Source of the DNA: Myxococcota bacterium
GTDB taxonomy: Bacteria; Myxococcota_A; Polyangia; Nannocystales; Nannocystaceae
Direction: 5' to 3'
Assembly (NCBI GenBank): GCA_039028615.1
Contig: JBCCHT010000006.1
Span: forward strand, 240,985 to 304,984
Length of the DNA stretch: 64,000 nt
Shown: piece after piece, positions 60,098 to 64,000 of the stretch
Layout: each line of letters begins with the position of its first letter
How positions within the stretch are numbered: position 1 is the first letter of the stretch
Position numbers and translations under genes: made by a program
Notes under the pieces: model-generated
What the model was told of the DNA's origin: nothing
What the model saw: the letters and a program-made list of their open reading frames with translations, nothing else
Databases searched by the model: none

Positions 60098-61819
60098 CTA
60101 GTAGAACAAGAAGTCCGCTGCCTTGAGCGTCAGCCGACAGGTCTCGACCGCAAAGTCGGCCGGGGTGCACTCGAGGTCGTCGCGGCAACCGCTGACCCCG
60201 GCCATGAGGGCCTCGTCGGAGACCTCGGGAATGGGACGGACCATCGCCGCCGAGTAGACCTGGTTGGCCGCGGTGCGAAGCGCCGCCTCGGACTTGTCGG
60301 TGGGGTCCTCGATGAACTGGAGCGGGTAGATGGGCGCCTGGACGTCGGCCGCGGCGCACAGCTCGGCGGTGAGCGTCGCCTGGGTCAGCGCCGCGATGAG
60401 GCCGGTTCGTGCCTCACGGAACTGGGTCACGTGGTCGGGGCAGCCCCCGAGCAGCTGGGCCCGGTCGCGGAACTCGTAGTCCGGCGCGCTGCCGCCCCCC
60501 ATGGTGGGGTAGGCGTGCGGGTGCGGGCCCGAGGAGCCCGACTGCACCACCGGGTAGCGATGGTCGCAGCTACCGAGGTCCTGCCCGGTGAGCTTGGCCG
60601 CGGTGCGCAGCCAGTCCTCGGCGTCCATCTGCTTGACCGGCCCGTGCCAGTACGGCGGCGCCCAGTCGTCGGGGTTGGGCGCGTCCTCCTCCTCGAACTC
60701 GTGGCTCGCGGTGTACAGGCCCGAGGTCAGGATCTCGTACTCGACCTCGCGGATGTCACCGCCGTTGGCCTCGAGCATGTCGACCAGAGCCTGGCGCACC
60801 GTGGGCAGCTCGCCGCCCGCGTCATAGCCGAGGTAGCGCTGCAGCGCGCGGTCGACATAGGACTCGTAGAACGTGGGCTGCTCGGTGAGCAGGCGCCCCG
60901 GCAGGCGCAGCTGGTTCCACTGCTCGGGGGTCAGGCTGGACTGGTCGATGACGTTGGGGCCGTCTTCTTCGACGTTGCCCGGCACCGGGGTCGGGATGAT
61001 GAGCGTGTGCTCGCCCCAGTAGTCGCTGTAGCAGTTGGCCTCGTTGGGCACCGCGCAGCGCAGCGTGTTGAGCACGACGTTGCGGGCGTTGCTCTGCATC
61101 GGGTGGGCGACGTCGCGCTCCTCCCACTGGTGCCACAGCGGCTCCAGGGCGATGCGCTCGGCCGGGTTGGCGTCGCGGCCGAGGAAGGCGAGGAAGTTGA
61201 AGCCCACCAGGTCGTTGCCGTCCCAGCGACCCAGGAAGGCGGGATGGGTGACGGCCAGCTCCGCGAACACGTCGTAGGTGATCATGCCGCGGTAGAGTTC
61301 ACCGACCATCGCGTCGAGGTCGGCGATGTACTGGTGGTGAACGATCTCGCTGGTGTAGTGGAAGATGTCGCCCCACATCCGCTGCGACACGAGCACGTAC
61401 TCGGGGCGGTCCATGAAGGTCGCGACGATCTCGTCGGGCTCCGACCACTTGCAGTCGGCCTCGTACTCGATGTCCGTGGGCGACACGCCCAGCAGGTCGA
61501 TATAGGCGCGGCGGCAGAACTCGACCGAGTTGGCGGGCGCGGGGTCGACCCCCATGCCCTGGATGAAGGGGCACGCGGCCTCGTCGATGACGTTGTCGAA
61601 CTCGACGCCGTCGCACAGCGTCAGCTCCCAGCCGTCGTCTCCACCGTCGGAGTCGCCGGCGGGCTCGCCCGTGGACTCGTCCGGGGTCGCGGCATCGTCC
61701 TCGCCTTCGCCGGTCGTGCCATCACCGAAGTCGATGGGGCTGGTCTCGTCGTCGCCCTTGCAGGCCGGTGCGGCGAGAATCAACCCAGCGACCGCACTCC
61801 ATAAAACCGTCCTCTTCAT
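60098..61819 (-). CDS. DUF1549/DUF1553-like lipoprotein
   Basis: AAPAC lipobox; EFCRRAYIDLLGVSPT...DRPEY...WGDIFHY (DUF1549-like); ILTSGLY, KQMDAEDW and DFLFY (DUF1553-like). Confidence 0.75.
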   Translation of the reverse strand: MKRTVLWSAVAGLILAAPACKGDDETSPIDFGDGTTGEGEDDAATPDESTGEPAGDSDGGDDGWELTLCDGVEFDNVIDEAACPFIQGMGVDPAPANSVEFCRRAYIDLLGVSPTDIEYEADCKWSEPDEIVATFMDRPEYVLVSQRMWGDIFHYTSEIVHHQYIADLDAMVGELYRGMITYDVFAELAVTHPAFLGRWDGNDLVGFNFLAFLGRDANPAERIALEPLWHQWEERDVAHPMQSNARNVVLNTLRCAVPNEANCYSDYWGEHTLIIPTPVPGNVEEDGPNVIDQSSLTPEQWNQLRLPGRLLTEQPTFYESYVDRALQRYLGYDAGGELPTVRQALVDMLEANGGDIREVEYEILTSGLYTASHEFEEEDAPNPDDWAPPYWHGPVKQMDAEDWLRTAAKLTGQDLGSCDHRYPVVQSGSSGPHPHAYPTMGGGSAPDYEFRDRAQLLGGCPDHVTQFREARTGLIAALTQATLTAELCAAADVQAPIYPLQFIEDPTDKSEAALRTAANQVYSAAMVRPIPEVSDEALMAGVSGCRDDLECTPADFAVETCRLTLKAADFLFY

Positions 61820-62073
61820 GGCTTCCGCTTCCCCTGTTTAGGTGCGCTCGGGACCACCCACCCCTCGCACCTGCAACTCTTCAGACACACATGTGGGTCT
61901 AGCTTTCCGGCCGTTCACTGAAAATTGTTCACACCAGGCCAAGTTTCTTTGAAAAAGAGAGCTTGGTTACATAATTTTCTCACTTTTTAGCGAAAAACGG
62001 GCGCCTGAGGGCAGTTATGAAAGACCCTCGCAGACGGACCTGATCGGCCGGATCCGCAGGTATCGTGCGCGGC

Positions 62074-64000
62074 ATGCCGCGCACTCTCGCGATCGCAGGC
62101 CTCGTTGCCCTCGGATTGGCCTGCCGCCCATCCGAAAAAGATCTGACACAAGCCCCCAATGGCTCGGTGTCTATTGCCCCCACCGCGACCGATGCGGACG
62201 CAGGGACCCCGACGACCGATACCGGCAAGGGCGAGGCGTGGATCCGCGAACACTACGAAAAGCAGGAAGTACGCATCCCGATGCGCGACGGGGCCAAGCT
62301 CTTCACCTCCATCTATCGCCCCCGCGATCGCAGCCGCGACTACCCCATCCTCTACAAGCGCACGCCTTATAGCCTCAAGCCCTACGGCGACGACCAGTTC
62401 CCCACCAGCCTCGGCCCCAACGAGGCGCTGATGGAGCGCGGCTACATCTATGTCTACCAGGACGTCCGCGGTGCATTCATGTCCGAGGGGCAGTTCGTCA
62501 ACATGCGACCGCATCGCAGCACGACGCCGGGCACCGAGATCGACGAGAGCACCGACACCTACGACACCATCGACTGGCTGGTGAACAACGTCGAGGGCAA
62601 CAACGGCCGCGTGGGCATGTACGGCATCTCGTATCCGGGCTTCTACGCCGCCGCGGGCATGATCGACGCGCACCCGGCCCTGAAGGCCGTCTCGCCGCAG
62701 GCCCCCATCGCCGACTGGTACTTCGACGACTTCCACCACCACGGCGCGTTCTTCCTGCCGCATACCTTCAACTTCTTCGCGGTGTTCGGGTACCCGCGCC
62801 CCGAGCTGAAGAAGGAATGGCGCGAGCGCTTCGACCACGGCACACAAGATGGTTACGACTTCTTCCTGCGGATGGGCTCGCTGGCCAACGCGAACGCGCA
62901 GTACCTGAAGGGTGAGGTGCCCTTCTGGAACGAGATCGTCGCCCACCCCGACTACGACGAGTTCTGGCAGGCGCGGGACCTGCTGCCGCACCTGAACAAT
63001 GTGGCCCCCGCGGTGATGACCGTGGGCGGGCTCTTCGATGCCGAGGACCTCTACGGCCCGCTCCACATCTATCGCAGCGTGGAGGACAAGAACCCCGAGG
63101 CGTTCAACATGCTGGTCATGGGCCCGTGGATGCACGGGGGCTGGCGGCGAAGCGATGGCGACCACCTGGGCAACGTGTCGTTCGGCGACAAGCAGTCGCT
63201 GTTTTATCGGGCGGAGATCGAGACCCGCTTCTTCTCCCACTACCTCGAGTCCGAGCCGAAAGACGCCGTGGAGCTACCCGAGGCCTACGTGTTCGAGACG
63301 GGCGCCAATCACTGGCGCAGCTTCGATCAGTGGCCGCCCGCCGGGAAGCCTCGCTCCTTTTGGATGGGCGCCGACCATCGCCTGAGCGACGCCGCGGCCA
63401 CCGAGCGCAAGGCCTTCGACGAGTTCATCAGCGACCCCGCGACGCCCGTGCCCTTCACCGAAGAGGTGGCGACGGGCATGACCCGCGAGTACATGACCGA
63501 CGACCAGCGCTTCGCCTCGCGCCGCCCCGACGTCCTCCACTGGTCGAGCGAACCGCTGACACAGGCGCTGACCGTAGCCGGACCGGTCACCGCCAAGCTG
63601 TGGGTCTCCACCAGCGAGGCCGACGCGGACTGGGTGGTCAAGATTATCGACGTGTTCCCCGGTGACGCCGAGGACCACGCCCACCTCGACCGGGGCAAGC
63701 ACATGAGCGGCTACCAGATGATGGTCCGCAGCGAGATCATCCGCGGCCGCTACCGCGACAGCTACGAGAAGCCCGAGCCCTTCGCCTCGGGGCGCCCTAC
63801 CCTGGTCGAGCTACCGCTGCAGGACGTGCTGCATACCTTCGAGCCCGGGCACCGCGTGATGATCCAGGTGCAGAGCACGTGGTTCCCGCTCGTCGATCGC
63901 AACCCGCAGAAGTGGGTGGACAACATCTTCGAAGCCAAGGACGACGACTTCGTGAGCGCGACGCACCGGGTCTACCGCGATGCGAAGCACCCCTCACGGA
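62074..64000 (+). CDS. CocE/NonD family hydrolase lipoprotein (3' end beyond the window)
   Basis: Absent from the ORF track because there is no stop. Read manually: MPRTLAIAGLVALGLAC, IPMRDG, RTPYS, YQDVRG, GISYPGFY, MGPWMHG and QSTWFPLVDRNPQ. Confidence 0.92.
   Translation, partial: MPRTLAIAGLVALGLACRPSEKDLTQAPNGSVSIAPTATDADAGTPTTDTGKGEAWIREHYEKQEVRIPMRDGAKLFTSIYRPRDRSRDYPILYKRTPYSLKPYGDDQFPTSLGPNEALMERGYIYVYQDVRGAFMSEGQFVNMRPHRSTTPGTEIDESTDTYDTIDWLVNNVEGNNGRVGMYGISYPGFYAAAGMIDAHPALKAVSPQAPIADWYFDDFHHHGAFFLPHTFNFFAVFGYPRPELKKEWRERFDHGTQDGYDFFLRMGSLANANAQYLKGEVPFWNEIVAHPDYDEFWQARDLLPHLNNVAPAVMTVGGLFDAEDLYGPLHIYRSVEDKNPEAFNMLVMGPWMHGGWRRSDGDHLGNVSFGDKQSLFYRAEIETRFFSHYLESEPKDAVELPEAYVFETGANHWRSFDQWPPAGKPRSFWMGADHRLSDAAATERKAFDEFISDPATPVPFTEEVATGMTREYMTDDQRFASRRPDVLHWSSEPLTQALTVAGPVTAKLWVSTSEADADWVVKIIDVFPGDAEDHAHLDRGKHMSGYQMMVRSEIIRGRYRDSYEKPEPFASGRPTLVELPLQDVLHTFEPGHRVMIQVQSTWFPLVDRNPQKWVDNIFEAKDDDFVSATHRVYRDAKHPSR

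Noticed and set aside
58904..61804. Long antisense ORFs (966 aa here; also 2380-4821, 5155-7125, 34351-36498, 39965-41842)
   Set aside because: Shadow frames opposite well-supported genes, typical of high-GC codon bias.

Overview
High-GC (roughly 70% by eye), gene-dense chromosomal segment, most consistent with a myxobacterium of the Nannocystaceae type. This is inferred from the Cys-rich and vWA lipoproteins, FHA-GGDEF, TIGR02266/DUF4388 regulator, Ser/Thr kinase and TPR+lipoprotein pair. About 48 CDSs mix housekeeping genes (greB, dapD, ispA, xseB, fur, class I lysS, mutAB, ybaK) with signalling and envelope genes. I saw no rRNA, tRNA, CRISPR array, transposase or prophage gene. Top observations: (1) a ~250-nt intergenic array of hairpins with unrelated stems but a recurring GGGGA (UCCCC on the - strand) motif, a candidate new ncRNA, lying between a degenerate sigma54-activator-like gene and a Ski2-like helicase followed by a Ser/Thr kinase; (2) a four-gene exported system: DUF1549/1553-like lipoprotein lacking its heme motif, Tat DUF1501 protein, di-domain cytochrome with CX6CH and CX4CH motifs, and a vWA lipoprotein; (3) a sulfotransferase-lectin-lectin-Wzy-Wzc mini-cluster with no glycosyltransferases; (4) a class I LysRS; (5) a one-base frameshift in mutB; (6) recurrent TANNNT boxes 7-12 nt before start codons, suggesting leaderless mRNAs. 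Family calls come from remembered motifs, not database searches, and several start codons are my choice.
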